In this document: one piece after another, positions 34,738 to 47,299 of the stretch
Layout: every line of letters begins with the position of its first letter
How positions within the stretch are numbered: the stretch's first letter is position 1
Source: Histomonas meleagridis 2922-C6/04-290x
Taxonomy: Eukaryota; Protista; Parabasalia
DNA length: 64,000 nucleotides
Assembly: GCA_020184695.1 (NCBI GenBank)
Contig: JAANOX010000177.1
Span: forward strand, 1-64,000
Direction: 5' to 3'
Notes under the pieces: model-generated
Seen by the model: the letters and a program-made list of their open reading frames with translations, nothing else
Told to the model about the DNA's origin: nothing
Database searches by the model: none
Made by a program: the position numbers and the translations under genes

Positions 34738-37700
34738 CTATATTATTTCCGATATAATTTCGCTTATTAAACGGGATTCGACAGTTCCCAAACTCATTCC
34801 TATGTAATCGCCAATAAAAGCGGATGCCCCTCCGACCATATCTGTTTCGAACACTGGCGTTTTTTCTCTTGGCACGAACTTTTGCGTATCCAATCTTTCT
34901 TTTAATGACATCATAAATTCCTTTTCCATTTCTATTATTTCTCTTGTTCTTTGTATTCTTCTTTCGAATGCATCTGTTTGTACTTTTCGTTTTTCTTCGT
35001 TTAATACTTTTGCTTCATTTGCATTCTTTTGATTTATCATTTTAATGATTTCCGTCTTTTCTTTATAACTCTTTTTGATGTTTTCGGATTCGTTTCGTAA
35101 TTCTTGTGTATGTTCTTTAAGCTTTGCAAACGCTTTTGCATTTTCTTGTTTTTGATGTTTCTCTTGACTAATTTGCGCAATCTTTCGTGAAGCGCATATA
35201 AATTTATTTGCAAATTCGCGATTTTCTTGAAACTTTCGAAATGTTTTCTTAATGTTTTTCGCATTTTTAAGTTTTTTCATTTGCGATTTTTCTCGTTTAT
35301 GTGTAATATTTTCAGTTATTTCCTTCTTTTCGATTTTGTTTCGTTGTATTATTTGTTGAAGTTCATTTTGTCGTTCAGTTTCACGTTTTCGTTTTGTTGT
35401 CATTAATTTGTTTTGTGTTTTTTCAATTGATTTTCGTTTAATTTCTATTTCATTGTTTACGTTTTCGTTTTCGTGAATTTCATTTTCGATTTGTCGTAAA
35501 CGAATAAGTTTTGAAATTGCATTTTTTAATGCTTCTTCAAGCGAACGATCTGTTTTCTGTGAATTAATTAATTTTTTATTATTCGAAACTTTTTTCTCAG
35601 GAATAATTTGAACTTTTTTAGTGTTTAAGTTATTTTGTTTACTCACATTTGGAATTATTAATTTTTTATTTTTTGTTTTGTTATTTGCGATAAATTTTTC
35701 GTATATATTTTCATCATTTTTTAGATTTGTGTTTTGTACTTCAATTTCGTTTTCGGGTTCAACAATTCCAAATGGTCTTCTTGATTGTACTGAAGATTGG
35801 ATTTGAATTTTTTGTTCATAATTCGGAAATGAACGATTTGCTTTTGGTTTATATATTAATTTTGGCGGATTCCATTGGAATTCATTACGAATTTTAGCAA
35901 TTGTTTCTTTTGGGGGTAAATCTGAAGGTTTATATTCGATATATTGCTCATTATTATCATTTATTAATTTTCTTTTTAAATTATTTTTATTAATCAAAAA
36001 AGAAAAATTTATTTTTTTATTTAATTGTGCGGCGATTCTTAAATAATATTTTCGAATTTTATATCCATTCCAACAATTTTGGATTCTTAAAGCAGCAAAA
36101 TGTAAATATAATTGATTTTCTGTGACGATTTTAGTGAAATCATTTGTTAAATATACAAAAAGAATTGCTCTATAACGAGATTCATTTGTTGAAGAGAAAT
36201 TTATACGAATAAATTTCGAACGATTTAATTCTCTTTGTGAAATATTTTTCGTAAACATTTCTTTCTTAAGATTAACTTTTATTGTACCAAAATTAAAAAT
36301 ACTCGAAATTGTTGTATAAGAAATATTTATATTACCAAAAGGAATATAATTCGATAACCAAAAATTCGATAATTCTTTCGAAAGAAGAATTGTTTTATCA
36401 GATTTATAACCGAATTTAATTGGATATATAATTTTAATATCATTTATTTTATTTAAATTTTCCGATTTCATAAAGAAATAATTTACGTTTGGTAAACTTT
36501 CATTAAATTTATTTATGTTAATTAAATGTTTTAACAAATATTTAATTCGTGATGATTTAATGAATTTATTTATACAATATAAAGATCTATTTTCAAGTGC
36601 TTTTAATTTCATTTCGGAAAATAACTTTTTACGAACATTAAACATTCGAATTGATGAATGTATTGTAAGTTGTGCTGCTGCGTTTTTTACACTTCGATTT
36701 GGGAATATTATAATTTCAGTATCTTTTGTTGCTAAAATTAAATCGAGAATTTTTTGAAATATTTTTTCATCATCAAACTCAAATGATAATAAAAAATTAT
36801 ATTTCTTTTTAAACGTTTTCTTTTGTATATCATTAATTATCTGTGGTTTAATTGTCGAAAATGGACATTTCTTTGTATAATTAATTCCATTCGGTGAAAT
36901 TGTTATTTTTGGTTGAAAGTTTTTATGATTATGTGAACACCAAATCGAATTTTCTGTTATTTTATTATTTTGTATCTTACGAATTAAAATCGATTCTTCA
37001 ACATTAAAATATACAAATGGCGAACCGATTAAATTCCGTTTTTTCAGATTTTTTCCAAAACGAATTAAAGCGAATTTTGTTATTTTATAATTATTCGGGA
37101 AAATAATTTCATTTTTATCACAAAGAAATACAATTTTATTCATTATATCTTTTGTAGTTAAAAATTTATATTTTTTATTTTCTTGTTCGAAAACTTTTAA
37201 AAGAGATTTTTTCCTTGAAACAAATAATTTCCAAACGTTTTGTATTTTTTTCGCTTGAATAATTTGCTTCAAGTTTAATTTTAATTTATATCGTAAAAAA
37301 CATTTTTGAATCTTTAAAGAAGATCTATTTCTTTTCCTATACCAAAATCGGATTTTATCTTTTAAAAAAATAATTGAGTTCCGCATTTTTTTATACTTTT
37401 TCCGCTTTAAAAATCCTCTAAAAACTGATTGGATAATTACAGCTGATGAATATTTACGTATAACGCGATTTAAACTAAAAAAACCAACATGCATTTGTCG
37501 GACATTATATTCAATTGTGTTATTTCGCATGTATCTGAGAAAAAGAAAATAATAATCATCAATTTGAGTATATGGAAGTAATGCGATATTATTTGGAAAT
37601 GCAATTTTTTGTGTAAGTCCTCGATGTTGTGATAATATGATAAAATCATTTAAAACATCAAGTTTTGGCAATTGTTCAACAACTTGATCAAATGAATTGG

Positions 37701-38208
37701 AATCAGTCATGATGGGATTACCTGTAAGATTTAATTGTCGTAACATTGGAATTTTAGAAAGTGAATTTATATACGCTATTTGACTTATTTCATTGTCACT
37801 AAGATTTAATATTTTGAGATTCGGAAGTAATTCCCAGTTTTCATCTGTCAATTTTGTTATGTTATTTCCTTTTAAATCTATGCTTTCTAATGTTGGAATT
37901 TTAAAGAACTCTTTTGGAAAAGAAGAAATACTACAAAATGTTAAAGAAATTATTCGAAGATTTTGTAATTTTAAAAGTATTGAAAGATCAATAAATTTTT
38001 GATTTGAAATTCTAATAAAACTTAATTTTGTAATTGGTTTTTCCTTTTCGGATATATCTGCTGAATCACGAATAATTTCTTCAGTCAAAGCATTTTTCAT
38101 CTTTAAAAAACGTATCGAGGCACCCCATACATTAAACGTTCTCTTTAGATCATGTTTTTTTGGAGTACATATGGAATGCTTATCCATCAATATTAGCAAT
38201 AAAAGCAT
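34738..38208 (-). CDS. LRR + IQ-motif + coiled-coil protein (LRRIQ3-like)
   Basis: N-terminal LRRs (LESIDLKGNNI, LKILNLSDNEI, LRQLNLTGNPI), IQ motifs (IQSVFRGFLKRKKY; IQNCWNGYKIRK) and a coiled-coil C-terminus. Start ATG uncertain (38208 or 38187). Confidence 0.85.
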   Translation of the reverse strand: MLLLLILMDKHSICTPKKHDLKRTFNVWGASIRFLKMKNALTEEIIRDSADISEKEKPITKLSFIRISNQKFIDLSILLKLQNLRIISLTFCSISSFPKEFFKIPTLESIDLKGNNITKLTDENWELLPNLKILNLSDNEISQIAYINSLSKIPMLRQLNLTGNPIMTDSNSFDQVVEQLPKLDVLNDFIILSQHRGLTQKIAFPNNIALLPYTQIDDYYFLFLRYMRNNTIEYNVRQMHVGFFSLNRVIRKYSSAVIIQSVFRGFLKRKKYKKMRNSIIFLKDKIRFWYRKRNRSSLKIQKCFLRYKLKLNLKQIIQAKKIQNVWKLFVSRKKSLLKVFEQENKKYKFLTTKDIMNKIVFLCDKNEIIFPNNYKITKFALIRFGKNLKKRNLIGSPFVYFNVEESILIRKIQNNKITENSIWCSHNHKNFQPKITISPNGINYTKKCPFSTIKPQIINDIQKKTFKKKYNFLLSFEFDDEKIFQKILDLILATKDTEIIIFPNRSVKNAAAQLTIHSSIRMFNVRKKLFSEMKLKALENRSLYCINKFIKSSRIKYLLKHLININKFNESLPNVNYFFMKSENLNKINDIKIIYPIKFGYKSDKTILLSKELSNFWLSNYIPFGNINISYTTISSIFNFGTIKVNLKKEMFTKNISQRELNRSKFIRINFSSTNESRYRAILFVYLTNDFTKIVTENQLYLHFAALRIQNCWNGYKIRKYYLRIAAQLNKKINFSFLINKNNLKRKLINDNNEQYIEYKPSDLPPKETIAKIRNEFQWNPPKLIYKPKANRSFPNYEQKIQIQSSVQSRRPFGIVEPENEIEVQNTNLKNDENIYEKFIANNKTKNKKLIIPNVSKQNNLNTKKVQIIPEKKVSNNKKLINSQKTDRSLEEALKNAISKLIRLRQIENEIHENENVNNEIEIKRKSIEKTQNKLMTTKRKRETERQNELQQIIQRNKIEKKEITENITHKREKSQMKKLKNAKNIKKTFRKFQENREFANKFICASRKIAQISQEKHQKQENAKAFAKLKEHTQELRNESENIKKSYKEKTEIIKMINQKNANEAKVLNEEKRKVQTDAFERRIQRTREIIEMEKEFMMSLKERLDTQKFVPREKTPVFETDMVGGASAFIGDYIGMSLGTVESRLISEIISEII

Positions 38209-38389
38209 CGGGAAAATATTAAGCTTATAACTTTTAAATAAAAAAAATTGGATTTCCAAAACACAATTTTTTTTTACTAAAAATTACATTATATCTAATT
38301 ATAATTCATCTTTATGCGCTAAGCCATCCATTGATTCCAAATTCTGGTTCATTAATTCCACAAAAATAAATACATATTAAAGTTATGTA

Positions 38390-39086
38390 ATTTGCAAAAG
38401 CAAAAATACAAATATTTTCATATTTACATCAACGATAGCAATTTGCAAATTATAAGAAATGGGAAAGGCATAAATACCAATTGATGTGACTGAATCGCCA
38501 AGACATGCTTTTAGAGATGGTCATTCACTGAATTATTCAACTGGAGTTGTGGATCCTCTAACTATAACACTGGCAGCTCATTTCAACCCCCCCAAATCCT
38601 ACTTTTTGTTATAAATACGACACCGCTTTCATTGAAAATTTGAAAAGTTTATTTTTGAAAATGACTGAAAAACTCAATCTATGCACACTTTTCTAAAAGT
38701 TTAGTCACGTAAACATCACAAAAAGTACGGGTGTTAGCCGTTAAAAAAAACTCATAGAATGTGGATGAAGAAAGATGTTCCAGCTTTTTTGAATTAATTG
38801 TCCACCAGAACAATTAAAGTTATCAGCTGTAATTGTTAATTCCCTCTTTAAACTTTTGTAAAAACAAAAGCTTATCAAGAGGAAGAATTGTTTCCCTTCC
38901 AGCACGGCCAAAATGCTGGAAGGCTTTGGCCAGCCTCTCGAGGCATAATCCGTCAATTCCTAGGAAAAATAATGTGGTTACTTCACAAAAAATAAAGCTG
39001 TATATAAATGAATAATTTGAAAATATCCAAAACAGTAAAAATAAAACTGAATACCAAAATAATTCCCAAATTGTCCTCATCGCCAT
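38390..39086 (-). pseudogene. possible BspA-like (TpLRR) surface protein remnant
   Basis: Fragment GDSVTSIGIYAF near 38470-38505 matches the BspA LRR. Upstream fragments have a hydrophobic N-terminus and TDYASRGW. Multiple stops and frameshifts. Confidence 0.4.
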
Positions 39087-39910
39087 GTCAATAAATAAAA
39101 ATTCATTTGAATAAAAATAAATAAATTTGAATTTTGAAAATTGAAAACTGAAAAATATAAAATAAAAATCTTGAGCTGATAAAAGAAAAGCGCTAAAAAA
39201 TTTTCAACAGAGTTGCATCAAAATGACTCTCATTTGGAAAAATGACACTTTTACAGATGACATAAAAACCACAAAACCGCTAAAATTTGAATTAATTCCT
39301 TTGATGTCAAATTTTTCATTACAAAAAACTTCGGCTTTTTCATCGAAGTAAAATTTTAATCATCGGTAAACGAAATGATAAAATCCATTCATAACCTCAG
39401 CTAAAAACGTTTTGAATCATATTGCTTTAATGAAACTTAAACATGTGATCACTTTCTAAATAAAAAATAATTAGCATAAATGATTTCTAAAAAATAATAA
39501 TGCATAGGGATTTATAAAAAAAATAACTTTATAGCATAAGACTTTTTAAATCACTTTTTTATGCAGAGTGATTTCATATTGTATTACTTCGAAGAAAATT
39601 AACTTCCTTGAAAAACAAATTCCATTTTCGAGAAACATTAATTGGACTCCGTCATTGTTTGGAGGGTTTGACATTATTTCTGATGTTTTAACCGCTTTTA
39701 GGAATTGTAAATGTGGAATTAGAGATATGATGAAATTAAAAGCGTCTCCCGAAATTGTAAACCGAATTGTAACTTTAACAAGGATCTCAAGATATGCATA
39801 AGTTAAATATAAAATTTCATCAAAAAATATTGTAATTTTTAAATCATATGCTAAAAATTTAACATTTACTTCTCAATGGCATCCAAATGTTTGCCTGATA
39901 TACATTTATA

Positions 39911-39951
<41 letters not shown>

Positions 39952-40561
39952 GTGTATGAGAATTAAAATGATTTTAGATGAAAAAAAATCCACTTTTTAA
40001 AAATTTTTTCCAAAACACCAAAGTTTTATTCATTTATATTTTCATATGTAGATTATATTTTTAAATAAAACCAAGACAAATCAAATCAGAATTTCCTATA
40101 TAATAATTTTTAATTTAGCGCGAAAATTTGTGCACCAAGCTATTACATATTTGTTGATTTACAAATTTTTGATGAAAAGTGCAAATTTCTCTGCCATTTC
40201 TTAGTATTATAATAATTAATTAACTTTTTTATGAATAGCCATATAGTGCGCATGATAGTTTTATATAATGGATATGTTTAACTTAACTTTTCTTTAAAAT
40301 TTAATTTTTGCAAATTATTATCAAATTTTATATGTATGAAATTTTTTTCCAATCAAGCACAGCCATTTAATAGATTACCAAAAAAGAAACTTATGTATAT
40401 CAAAAAATTAATCAAAACAACTCAGATATCAAGTTCTTGTTGATTTTATTAAGATTTACCATTTATCATTGGTCACATTTCGATAAAGTATACAATTCAA
40501 CTGCTTCAGTTTTAGGGATTTCTGTTCATATTTAGCCAGGTACGATAAAGCTACATGAATC

Positions 40562-43161
40562 ATGTTCTTCAAATTGACATCAGTTGTATGTTCCGAAGAT
40601 CAAGTACGTGATGTCATGGGTGATTTTCAAACTAAAGTCGATCAATGGCATAGAAGTACGTCAATTTCATTTCGAGGAGAAAAATTCAAGAAAAATATTG
40701 ACCAAACCAAATTGACCAAGAAGAAATGCCTCCACCAGATTCAGAACAATCCACGCCAATTATAACACTTAATAATTCATTTACCTCCAATACAAAAAAT
40801 AAAGAATATGAAGATTTTGGTCCAACAATTCCACTCACACTTGTTGCCAGTCGTCCAATTCGATGTAGTGAACTAAAATCGCGGAAAATAGAACCAAAAA
40901 TAGTAACAGGTAAGCAACAAACTGAACTCACCAAATTTATTGAATTAGAGAAATGGGTAAACGAGCCATCAAGAGACATGTCTATTGAAATGCAAAGAAG
41001 ACATATTGAAGAACAAAATGCATTTATCAGATCAAACTTACGACGTCGAATCTAGCCCGTAAGCCAGGTTACCCAAAAAGTCTTTCCAATGCCAAATTTG
41101 AACGGCAAACCAAAACCACAAAATACACCAATCACCTTATTTTACAGTAACCAACAATGCGCTCAAGGTCAATGGTCTATAATTTGGAACATTGAAAAAT
41201 ACCAAAATATTCCTTTAATACTTGATCGCAATGAGAAATATATTGTACTTTCCGATAAATTAGATTCTGGTGAAAGAAAGAAAAGATCACTTCGGCAATG
41301 GGATAAACTGGAAATCCTTCCTCCAAACGATAATTATTATCTTCAACTTACTACAAAAACAGAAGGAAAAAATGTTGATATTCAACATTCGAATACAGCA
41401 CTCTCTTTAGCACTCATTCAGCCTACTGTTGAAGATTTTGAGAACTTTCATCGGCCTAAATTCCTTCGTCCTTCAGCTTTACAAAGTCGATTAAATCAAG
41501 AATTCAAATTAGTCGGAATTGTCGATACTCAACCACATGATGATGAACACCTGATGTCTCCATATCTTAAAGAGCTTGATGACCTCAGTGCTCGTAATGG
41601 AATTGTATATGTTGTTGAACATACTGTTGAAGTTCCACCTTTAATGATGAATGTTGGGATGTCATCACTCTTGATTACTTACTGGCATAAAGAAAACCCA
41701 AATGATACTCCACCAAATTATGATAAAACGATGAAGATTCTTGAACCTGATGATAAGTCACCTTTTACTGCTCAAATACCAAACAACAAGTGTACTAGCC
41801 ATAACAAACTTGCTTTATCTTGTACCAGTTTTTCGTCATGTGCTTCATGATCAAAATGACTTTTTGCTTATGAACAAGTTTATCGGAGGAGAACTCGGAG
41901 GTCTAAGACAGGCCAAAGTGCACCAACGTATAAAGAACGTATAGCATCAACAAACAAAGATCTTCGAAAATTATACTTCCTGAATTGCAAGATATGCTTC
42001 TGCAATTTAATGTTCCATTATCCAAAATCAAAACTTTGGCACGATGGCCGCAAGTTCAACTCTTGAAAAAGTTAACTACACATTCGAAAGATCTCTCTGA
42101 TGAATCATCTAAACACAATGTCCTTGTAGATCGCTATGCTCGAGGCCCACGTAATGTATATCAAGCCTCCCTCGACAAATACAAGGCTCAATACCAATCT
42201 ACGTTTGATTCCAATTTAATATATATATATATCATCTGATGAGAACGAAAGTGAAGCAGATTCAGGTAACGACGCGTTATTGGATGAGCTTGGCCTTGAA
42301 GTTGTCCATAATGATTTAGATTTGGATAATCTCGAAGACGATGGAACCGAAAAACAAGACAAAGCATTTAATGTCAGCATGAATGACCCCCCTCAACTTC
42401 GTCCATATAGTATTTACACGTATCCGAGTTATATCGATTGGGATTCATTAGGATTCGAAAATGTCCCACGTCGAACGATTGCGAAGATAATTAATGTCTC
42501 GTTCACAGAGAATGGCCTCGAGCTAAACATTAATTGGGAACGACGCCGCGAAAAGATCGAAGAATTAAAGCGCAAGAAGTCGAATGTTTATCCCGCTGAA
42601 TCACCATTAGACTTTCGCGAAGATGTGTATAAGAAGGGGAATAAAAACCTTCAAAAGATCAAGAAGTGGAAATTAAGCACAAAACAAATTTGTGCTCGTA
42701 CAAAGAGTTTGACAATTATTTCACTGAAGATTTATTGGTACAATAGCCAATATAGTTTTGCATTTTCTCCTAAGATTAAATCACAAATAAATCGAGCGGA
42801 GGAACGATTCCATGAATTCGAAAGACAAATCAGCAAAAGATCAAAGTTATGCTAACGATGAACAAGATGATGACGAATATCATAACAGAAAAGCGAAACT
42901 CGATAAAAACATACGAAAGAAAAAGGATCAAATCCAATCGAAAAGTTTAACCATTACTGAAGTAAGTATTTGAACCTGTTTAATAAGTTTAACCATCTGA
43001 AGAAGTATAAAGAAATAGAACAGAAAACAAAAGACGCAAAGTATAAAAAAGCAGAGGACTTCTGGAGATATATTAAGGCGCTGAAGCCTTTGACGAACGA
43101 AGAATTTGCTGCAGCAGAAAATATGATAAAAATATTGTGCGGCATAAGGAAAGGTTTATGA
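40562..43161 (+). pseudogene. long fragmented ORF chain of unknown family
   Basis: Six co-oriented ORF pieces. 40726-41055 and 41089-41850 are in frame across one TAG. The others are linked by frameshifts or stops. Confidence 0.55.
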
Positions 43162-43629
43162 AGCTGGAAAAAAGAATTCCAAACGATTAAATAAAGTGAA
43201 TATGTTTGATTAGTAAATTATGTTGTTTAATATTTGTTTTTTCGGATGGATTCAGTGATATAATTTGTTAAACAATTGTGAATTCGATTATACAAATGGA
43301 TAAATGACCTTAAAATCGAAGGGTAAAAGTGATAGTGATGATACTTTGCAATATAAATTTACATCTTCAAATTATTGAAAGTATGACCTAATTCCTTACA
43401 CTGGAAGAATTTTTTGGGTTTACTGTTATAAAGCAATTTTAACAAAGTTCCAAGCAATCCACAAAATAGCCAATATAATGATGAAATTTTCATCAAACTT
43501 TTTTTATGAATATCTAAAAACAGTTCATAAAATTTATATCAACATATTCGATATAATGCCGAGTAATTGGGACTTAACACATCCATTCGACAATGATTTA
43601 TGAACACAGTTTATATAAAGACGGTTTAT

Positions 43630-44178
43630 TTAATGAGTTGCAACTTCAAATACTGCTCTGATTCCTGTTAATTTATGGTAAGCAGCACCAAATGAACTAA
43701 GACGATCTTCGACACGTGTCTTATCATGTGCATCAAGTGTAACATATGTTGTAAGTTTTCCATCAAGACCATAGTGAGTGCGTTTAGCAACAATTGCTGT
43801 TGGATAGACAACATCATCAAGAAGTCCTTCATGAACTGCACGAAGTGTTCTTCCAGCATTACGGATGGCCTTATAACGGCGACCTGGCTGTGGTGTCTTT
43901 GGAAATGCACGACGCTTAGCTACAATAACAACTTGAGAATTTCCAAGTTTCTTTTCAAGTTCTGGGACAAGAGCTCCTTGAATCTGATGATAAGCTGAAA
44001 TTTGTTTGTATGGTACTTCGACAATAACAACATTGATGCCATTTGTAGAAACTTCCTTAGCACCAGTGATCTTGAGGAGGTTCATTACCTTTTCATTGGC
44101 AGCACCTTTGATTTCGTTAAATGCAGTGTCAACTTGTTTTTCAAGAGCTGTAAGCTCGCCTTTTTTGGCTATGCTCAT
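43630..44178 (-). CDS. RPS7: 40S ribosomal protein S7 (eS7)
   Basis: LEKKLG..QVVIVAKRR...RTLRAVHEGLLDDVVYPTAIVAKRT...LD...VEDRL.SF.AAYHKLTG. The ATG at 44178 is supported by the upstream M5/M3 motifs. Confidence 0.95.
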   Translation of the reverse strand: MSIAKKGELTALEKQVDTAFNEIKGAANEKVMNLLKITGAKEVSTNGINVVIVEVPYKQISAYHQIQGALVPELEKKLGNSQVVIVAKRRAFPKTPQPGRRYKAIRNAGRTLRAVHEGLLDDVVYPTAIVAKRTHYGLDGKLTTYVTLDAHDKTRVEDRLSSFGAAYHKLTGIRAVFEVATH

Positions 44179-44186
44179 AACAGACG

Positions 44187-44206
44187 AAAGGCCATACATA
44201 ACCGCC
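44187..44206 (-). promoter_or_regulatory. trichomonad M3 (GGCGGTTA) and M5 (CCTTT) core promoter elements
   Basis: GGCGGTTA (44199-44206) fits the M3 consensus RRCSGYTD. CCTTT (44187-44191) is the M5 element described in T. vaginalis ribosomal protein genes, 8 nt before the RPS7 ATG. Confidence 0.75.
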
Positions 44207-44470
44207 ACATTTTAGCCTTTTTTACCCTTGTCAAGATTAATTAAGCTAAAAATTGTCCACTTTTTAACGCAAAATCTGATCGTCTTTTAGGCATGAAAAC
44301 TGTCCATTTTCCACATGAGACAGAAGGAAAATTGCGACTGGGAAACACTTCTATCAATAAATCAAGCAATTTTTAGTTTGAACGAATAAAATTTATCTAG
44401 ATCTTTTGGTTTAATAGTCAATAAATTTGATGAAAATCATCCTTTATCTTATGATTTATTTATTATTCAA

Positions 44471-45060
44471 ATGATAATATATTATTCCTTTGTGATTAAA
44501 AATAATGTAGATTTATTTTTGGATATTATAAAAGAAATAAGACCGTTTGAAGAGTGTAATAAAATCAAATCTAATATATTTGATATATTTGGACAATTTC
44601 TTAATAATAATACAGATGAATCATCTTATCTTCTTGAAGCTATGATTGAACATAATTTTCTTGAATCAAACATTGTAAAAAACAACCAGAGTGCTTATTT
44701 TGTACATTATATGTCTAAAGAAGAATTAGCAATCCATTTAAGGGAACAATCATTTTTATATACCTTACCAAATTATGAAGAATTTTCAAAGAATGATTGG
44801 GAACTTCATAAGCAATATGTTAGAGTAGGACATAATCCAAATGAAATTGCAAAAATAATTCGAAATGATGAAATAGAAAAACTTCAAGAAATATCATCAC
44901 AAAATAATTTTGATTTTGATCAAATAATTCCATAATCACTTTATGAAAGTTGTTCATTCATTAATAAAGATAATATTTCATTAATTGATTATGCAGCATT
45001 TTTTTCTTCAATTAAATGTTTTAAATATTTACTTATGAAGGATTCTATTCCATTAGACCT
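44471..45060 (+). pseudogene. truncated DUF3447-type ankyrin gene paralogue
   Basis: GHNPNEIAKIIRNDEIEKLQEISSQ..FDF is nearly identical to the gene at 24488. There is a TAA at 44933-44935, then SLYESCSFINKDNISLIDYAAFFSSIKCFKYLL. No ankyrin repeats follow. Confidence 0.8.
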
Positions 45061-46304
45061 TATCTGGATAATTCTTAGATAAAATTTAAAATTGAATTAT
45101 GATGATAAATTTATGCAACCAATTTGAATAAAAAATCGATTCAGCAACAATAAAAATATCTGATTTATAATTTTCTTATTAGGGTGGTGCAATTGATGAT
45201 TCTCATTATGTAAAATGGAAATAAATTTCAATTGGATTTAAATCAAAAATAATCGTTCGGAAGAAGACCAAATGAGAAACAAATAAAATGGAAATATTTT
45301 GATTTTGTGCGTATAAAATAAAATAGAGTATAAATCACGAAATAAGTTTAACAAAATATGTTTATAATAAATATAAAATATAAATGAAATCTATCGAAAA
45401 ATTTTTCAATACACTAACATCAAATATTTATAAAAATTAAAATACAGTCCCGGACAAGTAAAAATCACACTGGCCGACTAAAAATACCCATAGAACTAAA
45501 AAAAAATTAATATTGGTTTATATAATTTCTTTTTTATTTCCATTCTGTTTTTGAGTTATACAGCATTTTCAATATCTATAGACCAGAGCAAAAATTCAAA
45601 AATCTGTCTTTGCAATATCTTGCCAAAAAAATAGTTTTCGAAATTTTTGCTTTTAATATAAAAAAATTTCTATACGGTAGAGATAATAAATTTAAATTAT
45701 CAAAGGAATTTATTTTCAAAAAAATAAAATTTAAATCTATAAAAAAATCATGGTTTCATGCAATTTTAGCATAAAAATCATGCAATTTGCCAGTATACAC
45801 ACAAAGGAAAAAACGGTTTATTTACCATTTTTACCCATAATTTTCAATACATTATAATCGTCACCAATAGTCGCCTACTTTTTTTGATGTCATCTTCCCC
45901 TTCTTCTACTTTTAAAACACAGACCAGGCGAAAGATATTGGAAATGGCTAAAACATTAGAAAAAGAAAAGAAATCCAAAATGTATTTAAGAAAGTGTGTT
46001 TGAATTTTGGTATGAAACCAATAATTTTTTCATTCAATTTTTTGCATTTTTTTCTCACTTTTTTAAAAATCTTTGTAAAAAATTATATGAAGTGGCGGTG
46101 GGTTTTATTTCTTGCTATAATATTAACACACAATAAATATTAAATTATATATATATAATATAAAATTATATTAATTAAAAATGTTTATTTTTGCACAAAT
46201 GTACTTCTTGAAGAAAATTAAACTTTAATTTTTCGAATCAATAATTAAGAAATAATGAAAGAAGTAAATAAATCATGAATTTTCATTGTGTAAAATAATC
46301 TATG

Positions 46305-47019
46305 TACTGTACGGAAATTCTCAAAAATCATTCAATTTCGATGTAAACTATTCAATCACATTCCAACCCACCCCTGCGGTTGTGATCGTATTTCACTGAA
46401 AAAGCCCGGCTTTTTCAGTGAAATACGATCACAACCGCTCGCGCCTTCGGCTCTTGCATGAAAAAATTTGTTGTATAGTTGTATACTCGTTTTGTCTCAT
46501 ATGAAACAAATGGATTAATGAACCCTTCAACTTTTTGTGTGTAAGATATTGTTGTATTCTATTTTACACCTTGTATAAAAGTTTCATGTGTATTCCGATT
46601 GTTAACGGTTTTGGGGTGGTCCACAAGAATCTCCAGTTCTTTTCACTAAATTTTCACATTTTTTGTATCACTGTATGCTTTTAACTTCTGCTAAAATATT
46701 TTGAAGAACACTTTTTCAAGGAATTCATAAATTATACTTTATATTATTTATTTTGTTACAAACTCTCCAGAGAGAATTCTGATTTATTAAAAATTGTATT
46801 GTATTATATAAAATTATCATCTATAATAGATAAAAAATATTCTTCATTGTATTTATGAGATTCAGCGCTGAATTGCCAAATTAAATTTGATCTGCATTTG
46901 CTGCTTCAACAATGGTCTTCCTTCAGCCTCTAACGGTCGCTAGTACGATAGAGTAAAAATTTTAAATTGAATAGTTAACTCATAAATTGAATGATTTTTG
47001 AGAATTTCCGTACACAACA
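46305..47019. mobile_element. 715-bp non-coding TIR element with a 17-bp target-site duplication
   Basis: Perfect 31-bp TIRs at 46308-46338 and 46984-47014. Direct repeat GTGTAAAATAATCTATG at 46288-46304 and 47020-47036. The empty site, with one copy, is at 57222-57238. Confidence 0.88.
46376..46438. repeat. perfect palindrome, 31-bp arms with a 1-nt centre
   Basis: GCGGTTGTGATCGTATTTCACTGAAAAAGCC-C-GGCTTTTTCAGTGAAATACGATCACAACCGC. Confidence 0.97.
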
Positions 47020-47299
47020 GTGTAAAATAATCTATGACCAATTTGCTTTCTTTCCACATACATACTGTGGGTACAGGTGTGTTTTTTACAATACAAATTT
47101 CTACATATTTTTGTATAGTTTATAGATATGTGTCGGTATTAACGGTCGACATTGTTACGCATTTTAACATAATATTATATGAATATTAATAATATCTATT
47201 GATGTGGAACTCTGATTTGAAACTTTTGCTCTAGATCCACAATAAATCAATAGATATCTAATACAAGGATATACTCAAACTTACTATATTGATGGTGAA

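Larger units (their letters stand above)
45490..47060. repeat. dispersed repeat, left copy (inverted relative to 57193-58237)
   Basis: Blocks 45490-45568, 45775-46020, 46020-46304 and 47020-47060 are reverse-complement matches to 57193-58237. Each copy has private insertions. Confidence 0.85.
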
